A stretch of 40,160 nucleotides of DNA from a virus (taxonomy: Duplodnaviria; Caudoviricetes): positions 1-40,160 of IMG/VR virus record IMGVR_UViG_3300048893_000028, one strand, 5' to 3'. Shown in pieces: positions 17,629 to 27,395 of this stretch. The notes below the pieces were generated by a model. It had not been told where the DNA came from and searched no databases. It worked only from the letters and a program-made list of their open reading frames with translations. How positions within the stretch are numbered: the first letter of the stretch is position 1; each line of letters begins with the position of its first letter. A program made the translations under genes and the position numbers.

Positions 17629-19290
17629 ATGCTCACGCGCCTACAATCCCTCCTCGCCCTTTCGGGCATCCTGATCGCGGTGGCGTGGCTGGCAGGTTTT
17701 CAGGTGCCCGATCCGGCCACGAATGTCCGGATCAATACCCCGCCGATTATCGTCACGCTGACCAACCTCAATCCAAATACCGGGGCGGTGGGAGCGTCGG
17801 TGATTCTCACTGGCACCGGGTTCGGGTCCGTCAAAGGCGGCAGCTCGGTCGCCTTTAATGGCACGGTGGCGACGACGACGGCGTGGGCGAACACGAGTAT
17901 TACGGCGACGGTGCCCACTGGGGCGACCACAGGCAGCGTGATCGTGCAAGTGGCGGGCGTCTCAAGTAATACACAAACCTTCACCGTGACCGTTAGCGGT
18001 GGCGCCGATCCGACGAATTGGTGTGCGGTCGCGTGTTTCTATGTGCGCCCGAACGGCACAACCTACGGCACAGGGAGTGGAGCGAATTGGACGAATGCGT
18101 ATTCTGGCTTCTCGTCGGTGCCGTGGGCGTCGGTGCCGTGTGGCGCGACAGTGTGGGTGGCGGGGGGGACGTATACCCAACCGCTCAAACCCGTCAAATC
18201 CTGCACGAGCACCACGGTCCTGAATATTAACCGGGCGCGCAGTGACACGACCTCCGCGACTGGCGCGGCCGGATGGACCGGCACATTTGATGCGACCGTG
18301 CGGCAGCCGGGCGAGCAGTCCATTCAATTTCAAGGCCCCCCTAATTCGGCATGGATTAAGATTTCTGGCCGAAAGGTCTATACGGAATCGACGTTCCCGC
18401 TGACGATGGCGAAGATCGACGCGGATAACGGGTGGTTCTTGGATGTCACGGGCTCGTTGTCGTTTGCCGGCACGATCCGGTTCTACAACGGGGATGGCTC
18501 GAGCAACATCACCTTCGAATACATCGACATTCAGGGGCCAGGCGAAGTCAATTATACGACGGGACAGACGGGCGGGCGCGGCGTGATGGATGTGAGCTTC
18601 TCGCATTCCACCGGGCACGTCTATCGCCACATGCACGTCTGGAACGTCGAGTCCTGCTTCTACACGGTCGGGACGGATAACCTGATCTTCGAATACATGC
18701 ACGAAGGGCAGTGCATGCCCTTGAACTGGCCGGAATATCACCCGAACGGCATCTACATCAACGATGCTAACGGCGGGATTGTTCGGCACAGTTACTTCTC
18801 CGATCGGCAGGGGGAAGGCGTGGTGTTCTCGGACGGGGGGCCGTGGAACAACTGGCAGATTTACGACAACGTCTTCTTCAACATGCAGAACGGCGTCAGT
18901 CAGAAGGCGATCTCGGCGCAAGATTCGCCGGTCGGGAATCTGAGGATTTACAACAATAGTTTTTGGAATAATGACTTTAATATGAGTTTCTCCGCGTCTT
19001 CCTGTAGTGGTGGGGAAACTCGGAACAATCTCTATTTTGGGGCGGGGAGCACGATTACCTGTGGCACGACGTCGAACGGGATCACGGCGTCCACGGACCC
19101 CTTCGTCAATAAGGCCGCCAATAACTTCAATATCCTCGCGACGATTTCCGCGACGATGCCGCGTGATAAGGGCACGAATCTTGGCGCTCCCTGGAATATC
19201 GATCTGAACGGCTGCACGCGCGGCACAGATGGGACGTGGGATGTCGGCGCGGTGGAGTTCAATAGCGTGCAAGGGACGTGTGGCCCATGA
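17629..19290 (+). CDS. Signal-peptide protein: IPT/TIG domain, beta-helix and choice-of-anchor-Q-like C-terminus
   Basis: Hydrophobic N-terminus; LNP.TGAVG..V.LTGTGFG...VPTGATTG (IPT); GSG.NW.NA; DPF...NF...WDVGAVEF. Confidence 0.8.
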   Translation: MLTRLQSLLALSGILIAVAWLAGFQVPDPATNVRINTPPIIVTLTNLNPNTGAVGASVILTGTGFGSVKGGSSVAFNGTVATTTAWANTSITATVPTGATTGSVIVQVAGVSSNTQTFTVTVSGGADPTNWCAVACFYVRPNGTTYGTGSGANWTNAYSGFSSVPWASVPCGATVWVAGGTYTQPLKPVKSCTSTTVLNINRARSDTTSATGAAGWTGTFDATVRQPGEQSIQFQGPPNSAWIKISGRKVYTESTFPLTMAKIDADNGWFLDVTGSLSFAGTIRFYNGDGSSNITFEYIDIQGPGEVNYTTGQTGGRGVMDVSFSHSTGHVYRHMHVWNVESCFYTVGTDNLIFEYMHEGQCMPLNWPEYHPNGIYINDANGGIVRHSYFSDRQGEGVVFSDGGPWNNWQIYDNVFFNMQNGVSQKAISAQDSPVGNLRIYNNSFWNNDFNMSFSASSCSGGETRNNLYFGAGSTITCGTTSNGITASTDPFVNKAANNFNILATISATMPRDKGTNLGAPWNIDLNGCTRGTDGTWDVGAVEFNSVQGTCGP

Positions 19291-19301
19291 GGCAAGGCTA
19301 A

Positions 19302-20096
19302 ATGGCCGTTGCATTAGACGGATCATCCCCCGTTCGGTTTGCTGGCGTCATTGTCGTGGCGGGCGGGGCGATCACGTCCGCGAGTTTTACTGCGCCGACC
19401 GATGCCTATTTGACGATTTGCGTCCAATATGATGGCGGCAATTCTGCCAACGTGGGCACGGTCACGGCGAGTGATTCAGGTGGCTTGACATGGACAAAGC
19501 AGGTTGAGCATGAAGCCGACGAGGCTACACTCGGGGGCGGCTCCGCCATCTTTACGGCGCGCACAACCTCCTCGGTGAGCCGGACGGTCAGTATCAATCG
19601 CACAGGCGGCGCCTCGGGCGACCTCCAATTCTCTGCGAAGTGTTATGTCTGGACAGGCGTGGATGTCAACGGGACTCCCATCGATAGTATCACCGCGAAC
19701 AATGAGGGCGGATCGCTCACGAACAATATCAATACGACGAGCTTGACGCCTGGTGCGACAGGCGTTTTATTGGTCTCTGATACTGATTGGGCCGCGTCTG
19801 GTGTTTTTGAGGCGTCGAGTGATCTAACGCAGGATACGGCGACCTACGGGTCTGCGATTTCCGCATGTTCTGGCTATAAGACTTGCACGTCCGGGGTCGG
19901 CGTGACGGGGAATCTGAACGCAGCCGGCAGCGCAGCCGCCCAGCACAAATGGACGCAGATCATTATCCGGCAGGCGGTGGGGGCATCTGCCGCGCTGACT
20001 GGCACAGCGACGGCGAGCATCACGGAAGCGGATATCGTCGCTGGAGGCAAAACGATCATCATTACGCTCACGGGCGATACGTTCATCCCGTCCTAA
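19302..20096 (+). CDS. Virion structural/adhesion protein
   Basis: S/T/G-rich beta protein in the structural cluster. Confidence 0.7.
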   Translation: MAVALDGSSPVRFAGVIVVAGGAITSASFTAPTDAYLTICVQYDGGNSANVGTVTASDSGGLTWTKQVEHEADEATLGGGSAIFTARTTSSVSRTVSINRTGGASGDLQFSAKCYVWTGVDVNGTPIDSITANNEGGSLTNNINTTSLTPGATGVLLVSDTDWAASGVFEASSDLTQDTATYGSAISACSGYKTCTSGVGVTGNLNAAGSAAAQHKWTQIIIRQAVGASAALTGTATASITEADIVAGGKTIIITLTGDTFIPS

Positions 20097-23000
20097 ATGG
20101 CGATCACCTTCCTGAATGCCGTCGAGGTCGAGCGCACCGGGACGACGGACCCGCAGACGTGGACCCATGTGCCTGGCGGGACGGCGGCAGCGATCGTCGT
20201 GTCGATCGTGCATGGCACGAGTAGCACGGATCACGTCCTGACGGTCACCTATGGCGGCGTCTCGATGACGCGCGTGGTGCGCGCGACGGATACTGCCACG
20301 GAGCCCGGGGCCGCCGAACTCTGGTTTCTCGGATCTGGGATTCCGACCGGCAACCAAACCGTCAGCGCGGATCTCGCGTCGGCGACGACGGATGACATTC
20401 ATTTTGTCTCGATGTCGTTCAGTGCGCCCGGCGACTGCACGGCGTTTACCTCGGGGAGTATCAACGAGAACGCCGCGAATCCCTCCGTGACCCTCACCTA
20501 CGGGGGGCGCACGGCCATGGCGGTGGCCGCGCTCTACGGCGGAGGGGCATCGCCGGCCTCTTTCACCCCGAATGGGAATTGTTCGGCGGTCGCGGACTTT
20601 GCGATTGCGGCGTTCTATTCGACCGTGATTCGGCAGACCACGGCGGGGACCGCTGATTTCGCGATTGGGGGGACGGCGGCGACGGACGATGTGGCGTTCG
20701 TGGCCCTCGCGCTCTCAGAAATCCGCAGTATCGCGGTGAGCGCAGGCGCTTCGACGGTGAGCGGCCCGGCGTCGTTCTCAAGCTTCCGCCGCGCGATCTT
20801 GAACGGCCTGGATTCCGCGCAAGCGGAAGGCACGGGTTGGGATGCGGTGAAGACGACGATTGATGAATCCGCCGTCGTGCGGACCTCCAGCACCGTCGTC
20901 ACGATCACGCTGCCAGCCATTCCGAGCTACGACATTACGGCCTCTGAAGTCATCACGGATACGGTGCCCGGGGCGGCACTCACCGGGGCGGTTGATATTG
21001 TTGCGACCCCGACGCTAGGGGTCGCCGTGTCGATTATTGGCGCCGTCACCGGATCGTCAACGGTCACGGCCACGGGGAGTGCGTCGTCTGTAGGGGTGGG
21101 CGCCGATGGCGGCGCGGTCACGGCCACGGCTGTGGGCAAAGGATCTGCGGTGAGTGCCGGCTCGATTGCGGGCCTCGTCACGGCCGCGATGATCGGACTC
21201 TCAACGGCGGTCAGTGTCGGCGCGGCGACGGGGAGCGTGACGGTCACAGGCACCAGCGCCGGATCGACGGGCGTCGGCGCGGTCAGCGGCTCGGCCAGCG
21301 TGCTGGCGACGGGTCGGGCGACGGCCACGAGCGTGGCGTATGTCCCCTATACCGATACCTTTGATCGGGCGACGTTGGGCACGGACTGGCAGACGGCCCT
21401 CGGGGCGCCGTGGGTCACGGCGAGCTCGCTCTATCTGAAGCCGTCGAGCACGTTTACAACGACGGCCGTGCGGCGCGTCGGGTTATTCCCGGCGGATCAA
21501 TTCGCGGAAGTCTCGACGGAGGTGCCGACCCCGGGCGGCTTGAACCGGACGGATGCCGGACCAGCCGTGCGAATGGATGTGGCGGGCAACTGCTATTACG
21601 TGCGCCTGCTCTCGACGGATCTCGCGCTCTACAAATACAACGCCGGCACGCATACCTATCTCAACGATGTGGTCCTCGCGCTCGCGAATGACACGTTTTA
21701 CACGATTCGTCTGAGCGTGGTTGGCACGACCCTCTCGGTCTACCTGAACGGGATACTCAAGTTCACGGCGACCGATAGCACCTTTGCGAGCGGCAATCCT
21801 GGGTGTGCCGGGGTCACGGGCGATGCGGCGATTCTTCCCCGATTTGATAATTTCTCCTCGACGCTCGGATCAGGCGCGGAATCCGTGGCGATCGGACAGT
21901 TTCTCAGCACGCAGCCTGGCGCGGCTCTCGGGAGTTCCACGGTCACGGCTGTGGGCGCTGGACTCTCACAAAGCGTTGGCCTCGTCACGGGCCTCGGGGC
22001 GGCCGTTGGACGGTCCACGGCGTTTGTTGATGTGCGGCGACCGATCCTGAATGGGATCGTCTCGGCGCAGAGCGAGACACAGGGCTGGAACGCCATTCGC
22101 GCGCTGATACCAGATTCCGCCGTCGTGCGGACCTCGAATACGGTCGTGACGATTACGCTCTCAGCAGTGCCGTCCTATGACATCTCAGCGCTTGAGACGC
22201 TGACCGTCACGGTGCCGGCGATTGCGTTGAACGGCGCGGCGGCGATTGTGGCGACCCCAACGATCACCCTGACACCGAGCGCCCAAACGGACGGCGCGGT
22301 CGATGGGACCGCAGATGTGGAGGGGTTCAGTCAGTCGATCTATAGTGCCGTTGCGGCATCGGCCGGATCGGCCACGGTCACGGCCGTGGGGGTGTCCACG
22401 ACGGCGGGGGCCTCGTTGGCGAGTGCGACGGGTGCCGCGACCGTCTCCTCGACGAGCACCGTGGCGGCGACCGGTGTCGGGGTCTGTGCTGGTGTCGCAG
22501 GCGTGGATGGGTTACTCCGCGTCGGCAGCGTCGGCTTTGTCGCGGCCTTCACGACCGTCACCGGCGTCGGGGGCGCCACGATCGTGCGGCTCGGAGCCTC
22601 AGCCAACGGCTCAAGCGCGCAGGCCGTCGGGCAAAGCGTCGCCCTGTCGGTTGGCGCGGTGTTCGGATCGGCAGTCGTCATAGCGGCGACGGCGACGGGC
22701 AGTATTGGTGCGGTCACGGGCACGTCCTCCATCCTCGGGATCGGCCAGTCGGTTGCCACCTCGACTGGGAATACTGCCGGGGCTGATGGTGCCCTCGCGA
22801 CAGGCGCTGGCCTCGGCATCGCGCTCGGCGTCGTGGTCGGGGCCGCCACGGTCAATGGTTTGAGTAGTGGATTCTCTACGGGCACGAGCCAGGGCACGGC
22901 GATCGTGAACGCGGTCGGCGTGCAATTGTTTGTGCGGGTCGGATCAGCGGCGGGTGTCGCCATCGTCAATGGCGTGGGGTTCGTCAGTGGGGTCGCGAGT

Positions 23001-23111
23001 GCGATTGGCACGGCCTCGGGCGGATCGACAGCTTCCGCCGTCGGCAGCTTCTCGATTCCTGGGGCCTTTCGACCGGCGTGGGCTTCGAATAGTAATCAGC
23101 GGGTGGCGTAA
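20097..23111 (+). CDS. Large fibre/adhesin-like protein: two 75-aa modules, a ConA/LamG-like domain and G/S/T/V repeats
   Basis: 1004 aa; DTFDRA...Y.IRLSVVGTTLSVYLNG...SGNPG...FDNF lectin-like segment. Confidence 0.75.
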   Translation: MAITFLNAVEVERTGTTDPQTWTHVPGGTAAAIVVSIVHGTSSTDHVLTVTYGGVSMTRVVRATDTATEPGAAELWFLGSGIPTGNQTVSADLASATTDDIHFVSMSFSAPGDCTAFTSGSINENAANPSVTLTYGGRTAMAVAALYGGGASPASFTPNGNCSAVADFAIAAFYSTVIRQTTAGTADFAIGGTAATDDVAFVALALSEIRSIAVSAGASTVSGPASFSSFRRAILNGLDSAQAEGTGWDAVKTTIDESAVVRTSSTVVTITLPAIPSYDITASEVITDTVPGAALTGAVDIVATPTLGVAVSIIGAVTGSSTVTATGSASSVGVGADGGAVTATAVGKGSAVSAGSIAGLVTAAMIGLSTAVSVGAATGSVTVTGTSAGSTGVGAVSGSASVLATGRATATSVAYVPYTDTFDRATLGTDWQTALGAPWVTASSLYLKPSSTFTTTAVRRVGLFPADQFAEVSTEVPTPGGLNRTDAGPAVRMDVAGNCYYVRLLSTDLALYKYNAGTHTYLNDVVLALANDTFYTIRLSVVGTTLSVYLNGILKFTATDSTFASGNPGCAGVTGDAAILPRFDNFSSTLGSGAESVAIGQFLSTQPGAALGSSTVTAVGAGLSQSVGLVTGLGAAVGRSTAFVDVRRPILNGIVSAQSETQGWNAIRALIPDSAVVRTSNTVVTITLSAVPSYDISALETLTVTVPAIALNGAAAIVATPTITLTPSAQTDGAVDGTADVEGFSQSIYSAVAASAGSATVTAVGVSTTAGASLASATGAATVSSTSTVAATGVGVCAGVAGVDGLLRVGSVGFVAAFTTVTGVGGATIVRLGASANGSSAQAVGQSVALSVGAVFGSAVVIAATATGSIGAVTGTSSILGIGQSVATSTGNTAGADGALATGAGLGIALGVVVGAATVNGLSSGFSTGTSQGTAIVNAVGVQLFVRVGSAAGVAIVNGVGFVSGVASAIGTASGGSTASAVGSFSIPGAFRPAWASNSNQRVA

Positions 23112-23113
23112 CG

Positions 23114-24343
23114 ATGCAACCGATTGGCGCGCAACTGATCGACGCGACGACGGGATCGGCCTTTACCGGAGCCGTTTCAGCCTTTGCCACGATTGACATG
23201 GCGGCCCAGGTCCCGATTGCCGGGACGGTCACGGGCGAAGGGAACGGTTATTTCACCTTTACGCCGGCTTCCACGGAGCAGGGCGGGCGGTGGAACGCCT
23301 ATACATTCGTCGGGCCGGGGGCCGTCCCCGTCACCACGGTCAAGAGCAGTCCCTTCATTCGGGCGAGTGCGGGTCAGGTCTGCGGCGCGCAAGTGAATCT
23401 GATCGCCACGGGGTTGGCTTATATTGGGTCGGTCACGGTCTATGTGACTGGTGATGCGGGCATCGAAGTCCTCGGCCTCGGCACGGTCACGGCGAAGGGC
23501 AACGGCTATTACACCTACGAGCCGACAGCCTCAGAAACGGATTTCGGGCTCATCGGCTTTACCTTCACCGGTACCGGGGCCTTGTCGGCCACGATTCAGG
23601 TCGCGACGATCAGCCCGGCGACAACGGCCCCGACGATCGCGCACCTCATCAAGTCGGCCTTCGTGAAGTTGACCGTGCTCGGGGCCTTGGATCAACTCGC
23701 GCCGGAAGACGCAGCCTTCGGGCTTGAGGAACTGAACCGCATTCTTGACAACTGGAACGCCGAACGGCAAGCGGTCTATTGCACGCAGACGGTCAGCTTT
23801 ACCTGGCAGACCGGCCATTCGCCGCACACGATTGGGCCGACGGGTGATTGGTTCGTGACGCAGCGGCCGGTGACGATTGAGGATGCCGCGTGGGAGAATG
23901 GCGGGATTTTCACCTCGATGGAGGTCTATCTCGATCCGCTCCGGTATGCGTCCTTGTCGCAACCGGATCTGACGGGCATTCCGACCGAGGTCTATTACGA
24001 GCCGAACTGGCCGAATGGGAACCTGTTTTTCTATCCGGTGCCGAATGGGCCGAAGCAGGTTGATCTCCTGATTCGGATCGTGCTCGCCGGGGTGCGGCTG
24101 ACGGATGTCATCTCGTTGCCGCCGGGGTATCAGGATGCACTCGTGCTGACGCTCTGCGAGGCGTTGATGCCGAGTTACCCACTGGCTCAGGTCTCGCCGT
24201 TGCTGCCCTTGCTGGCGTCGAAGGCTCGCGCGCGGATCTTCGCCAACAACCGGCAGACGCCGACCTTGCAAACAGCCGATAGCGGGTTGCCCGGGAGCGG
24301 CATGGGCTCCTGGTATGACTATCGGACGGGGACGTATCGGTAA
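23114..24343 (+). CDS. Head-tail adaptor (P22 gp4-like) fused to two N-terminal Ig-like repeats
   Basis: TIAHLIKSAF..L...GLEELN.ILDNW and LPPGYQDAL motifs; precedes the gp10-like gene. Confidence 0.75.
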   Translation: MQPIGAQLIDATTGSAFTGAVSAFATIDMAAQVPIAGTVTGEGNGYFTFTPASTEQGGRWNAYTFVGPGAVPVTTVKSSPFIRASAGQVCGAQVNLIATGLAYIGSVTVYVTGDAGIEVLGLGTVTAKGNGYYTYEPTASETDFGLIGFTFTGTGALSATIQVATISPATTAPTIAHLIKSAFVKLTVLGALDQLAPEDAAFGLEELNRILDNWNAERQAVYCTQTVSFTWQTGHSPHTIGPTGDWFVTQRPVTIEDAAWENGGIFTSMEVYLDPLRYASLSQPDLTGIPTEVYYEPNWPNGNLFFYPVPNGPKQVDLLIRIVLAGVRLTDVISLPPGYQDALVLTLCEALMPSYPLAQVSPLLPLLASKARARIFANNRQTPTLQTADSGLPGSGMGSWYDYRTGTYR

Positions 24344-25791
24344 TGCCTGCTTACCCGTCGTTCATTGGCCCGAGTAACCCCTCGCAGACGCCGTTAGCGG
24401 ATGGGTCGCGGCTGATTAATCTCTACTACGAGCCCAACGATGTGCCATCGGGGAAGCCGGCGCTCTATTCGACGCCCGGCGCGCGGACGTGGACGACGGT
24501 TGCCGATGTGGGGATGCGCGGGTTCGCCTCGATGAACGACCGCACGATTGCCGTCGTCGGCGGGGGCGTCTATGAAGTCTTCGCGGACGGCACGACCATC
24601 AAGCGGGGCACCGTGCCGCTCGGGGCTGATCTGACGCCGATTGTGATGAACGGGATTACAGGCGCACAAGCGGCCATCGTCAGTGCGGGCAGTGTCTATG
24701 TGCTGAACCTGTTGACGAACGTGGTCACGGGTCCACATCTCACGGGTGGGGTCACGCACTTCGGCATGTTGGACGGCTTTGGCGTGCCGTTCTTCTCAGA
24801 CCTCGGCAAGTTTCAGGTCTCCGCGCTGAACGATTTCACGAGCTACGATCCGAGCAACTTTGCCATCCGCTCGAGTGCGCCGGATAGCTGGCGGGCGCTC
24901 CTGATCAACCCGCCCGACCTCTGGTTGATTGGGAGTCTGACGGGCGATGTCTGGCAGGATGTCGGCACGTCCCCGATGCCCTTTGCCCCCCGTGCGGGGG
25001 CGACGTTCAAATATGGCATCGCGGCCTCGCGGTCGCTCGCCGCGGCTGGTGATTCAGTGTTCTGGGTGAGTCAGAATGCCGAAGGGGCCGGGATTGTCGT
25101 GCAGGCCCGCGGATTTGTCCCGCAACCCGTGAGCACGCTGGCTGTCGAAGCGGCGATTGCGCGCTATCAGGCGACCTCGACGATCACCGATGCGGAAGCG
25201 TTGGTGTTTCAGTGGAAGGGGCATACGTTCTACGTGCTCAAGTTCTTGGCCGCGAATGCGACGTGGGTCTATGACCTCCGAACGGGCGCGTGGTTCGAGA
25301 TGGGCCAGTGGAATGCCGGGGAGAACCGCTACGACGCCTGGCACCCCTCTGCGACGACGTATGCCTTCGGGCAACATCTGACCGGCGAGCGGGCGACCTC
25401 GACCATCTCGGTGCTCGATGAATCGTCTGGCACCGAAGCCGACGGCAGCCCGATTGTCTGGAAGCGCATCCCCCCGGCATTGACGGCGGCGGATGGCGGC
25501 CGACTCTACGTCGATCGGTTCGAGGTGGGCATTCAACGGGGCCTCGGCGTGGTGTCTGGGCAGGGGAGTGACCCGACCGTGATGCTGCGGGTCAGCCATG
25601 ATGAGGGCCAGACGTGGGGCGCGGAATCGGCGCGATCGACGGGACGGATGGGTCGCAGGAATGGGCCGGTCTTCTGGTCTCGACTTGGCAGCACGCGGTC
25701 CTCGTGGACGCCGGAATTGACGGGGAGTGACCCGGTGCCGGCGCGGATTGTGTCGGCGTCGGTGCAGGCGCGCGGCATGGGGGGCCGGTAA
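24343..25791 (+). CDS. Tail hub / packaged-DNA stabilisation protein (P22 gp10-like)
   Basis: INLYYE...TPG; GHTFYVL.F...TWVYD...W; DP.VMLR.S.D.G.TW; DPV motifs. Confidence 0.85.
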   Translation: MPAYPSFIGPSNPSQTPLADGSRLINLYYEPNDVPSGKPALYSTPGARTWTTVADVGMRGFASMNDRTIAVVGGGVYEVFADGTTIKRGTVPLGADLTPIVMNGITGAQAAIVSAGSVYVLNLLTNVVTGPHLTGGVTHFGMLDGFGVPFFSDLGKFQVSALNDFTSYDPSNFAIRSSAPDSWRALLINPPDLWLIGSLTGDVWQDVGTSPMPFAPRAGATFKYGIAASRSLAAAGDSVFWVSQNAEGAGIVVQARGFVPQPVSTLAVEAAIARYQATSTITDAEALVFQWKGHTFYVLKFLAANATWVYDLRTGAWFEMGQWNAGENRYDAWHPSATTYAFGQHLTGERATSTISVLDESSGTEADGSPIVWKRIPPALTAADGGRLYVDRFEVGIQRGLGVVSGQGSDPTVMLRVSHDEGQTWGAESARSTGRMGRRNGPVFWSRLGSTRSSWTPELTGSDPVPARIVSASVQARGMGGR

Positions 25792-26297
25792 TGGCCTTTC
25801 TCAGTGCCCCGCCGTTGCAGGATTCGGTGATTGAACTCGATGGCTCTCCTGATCGGAAGAAGCCGTTTTTCATGGCGAAGCCGTGGATCTTGTGGTTCAC
25901 GGATGATCTCGCGGCCCGCGCGCAGCAGAGCATCAGTCAGTTGGCGACGGCGACGGTGCCCAATGCGACGGATAACGGGTCGGCCGACATTCCGACGCGC
26001 AGCGCGTATCTGGTGACGCAGGCGGGGCGGTATCGGGTCACCTATACGCTCCGGATCACGCAGGCTGCGACGGTGAGCAGCGATGCAACGGTGACGCTGT
26101 CGTGGGTCAGGCAAGGGGTGACGGTGATTTGGACCGGGGCGACGGATACGGACAATGTGACGAACAAGGTGCAGACCGAGACGGTGCTGGCGCAGGCCGA
26201 TGCACAAACGGACATCACGTATGCCGTCGTGCGACACAGCACCGGAGCCACGCCGATGCATTTCGAGTTGGATCTACTTATAGAACGCGTGTCATGA
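25791..26297 (+). CDS. Tail protein in the needle/knob position
   Basis: PW..WF N-terminal motif then beta-rich domain; follows gp10-like gene. Confidence 0.6.
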   Translation: MAFLSAPPLQDSVIELDGSPDRKKPFFMAKPWILWFTDDLAARAQQSISQLATATVPNATDNGSADIPTRSAYLVTQAGRYRVTYTLRITQAATVSSDATVTLSWVRQGVTVIWTGATDTDNVTNKVQTETVLAQADAQTDITYAVVRHSTGATPMHFELDLLIERVS

Positions 26298-26662
26298 CGA
26301 CCAGATTACTCCCGCCAGACGAATGGCCGCGCCTTGTGAATACCGAAGCCGAGGCGATCTGGCCGACGCTTGATCCGGCGACGGCGTCGATTGTGGTCGT
26401 GGAAGACGACGGGCAAATCGTCGGCTGTCATGTGCTCTATTACGTGCTGCACGCCGATGGGTTGTGGATTCACCCCGACCATCGGGGCAAGACGAGTGTC
26501 GGGCGTCGGCTTTGGGCCGGGGTGCAACGGTTGGTTCGCGCGCATCGCGTGCCAGGGTTGGTGACCGCCGCGATCGATGAACGGGTGTGTGGTCTCCTGA
26601 CGCATGTCGGCGCCGTGCCGTTACCCGGTCAACATTTCGTCATTCCGATGAGGAGCAAGTAG
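26294..26662 (+). CDS. GNAT-fold protein (position of P22 gp14)
   Basis: VVEDDGQIVG...LWIHPDHRGK..VG acetyl-CoA-binding-like motif. Confidence 0.75.
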   Translation: MTTRLLPPDEWPRLVNTEAEAIWPTLDPATASIVVVEDDGQIVGCHVLYYVLHADGLWIHPDHRGKTSVGRRLWAGVQRLVRAHRVPGLVTAAIDERVCGLLTHVGAVPLPGQHFVIPMRSK

Positions 26663-27391
26663 ATGCCTGCGGTCATTCCGTTAGCGATTGCGGCGGGGTC
26701 AGCCATCGGCGGGATTGGGGCGGCGAAGATTGCCTCGAATGCCGCCGGCAAATCCGCCGACATTCAGACGACGGCGGCGACGCATGCGGCCGATCTCGAG
26801 GCGAAGGCTGCGGCGGATGCGCTGGCGTTTCAGAAGCAACAGGCGGAAACGGACTGGCAGAACAGCCAGCAGACCGAACGAGCGAATTACGATCAGTGGG
26901 CCGCGCGTGAAGGGCGGATGAGCGGGCTGGGGCCGTTGATTGGCTTGCCGGCGCGCAACATCCCGGCCTATGTGCCTGGCATTGATCCGAACTTCACGAG
27001 TGCGCCGGCGCAAGTGCCGGGTGGGCCACCCGCCGCAGGATTGGGCGCGACGGCCACGAGTGGCGATCCGATCATGGACGCCTTGATCAAGAACTATCAG
27101 GCGCTCGGGACCGCCCCCACAGGACCGGGGAGCGGGCCGACGGATATCAGCTATTTCGCGGACAAGATCAAGCAAACGGGCGGATTGACGCCGCAGAACA
27201 CGGCGTATTGGTTCGGGCCGCAGGGACGGATCGCGAAAGAGATCGCCCAAGCTTCCGGAGGCGGGGCTCCCGCGGCCGCGCCGATGTCCTTTGCGTCCTT
27301 CGCGGCGAATCCGACGCCGACGACGATGGCTCCACTCACGGCTCCCTTGGCGGCGCCGTCGCCCTATTCCTTTGCGTCGATGGTGAGGTAA
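26663..27391 (+). CDS. Ejection / DNA-transfer protein (gp7-like)
   Basis: Gly/Ala hydrophobic N-terminus then A/Q-rich helix; synteny. Confidence 0.7.
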   Translation: MPAVIPLAIAAGSAIGGIGAAKIASNAAGKSADIQTTAATHAADLEAKAAADALAFQKQQAETDWQNSQQTERANYDQWAAREGRMSGLGPLIGLPARNIPAYVPGIDPNFTSAPAQVPGGPPAAGLGATATSGDPIMDALIKNYQALGTAPTGPGSGPTDISYFADKIKQTGGLTPQNTAYWFGPQGRIAKEIAQASGGGAPAAAPMSFASFAANPTPTTMAPLTAPLAAPSPYSFASMVR

Positions 27392-27395
27392 CCCG

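Noticed and set aside
17962-19326. 454-aa minus-strand ORF, and similar long antisense ORFs (15304-16275, 23531-24271, 34279-35010)
   Set aside because: Shadow frames of GC-rich + strand genes; Arg-rich with no motifs.
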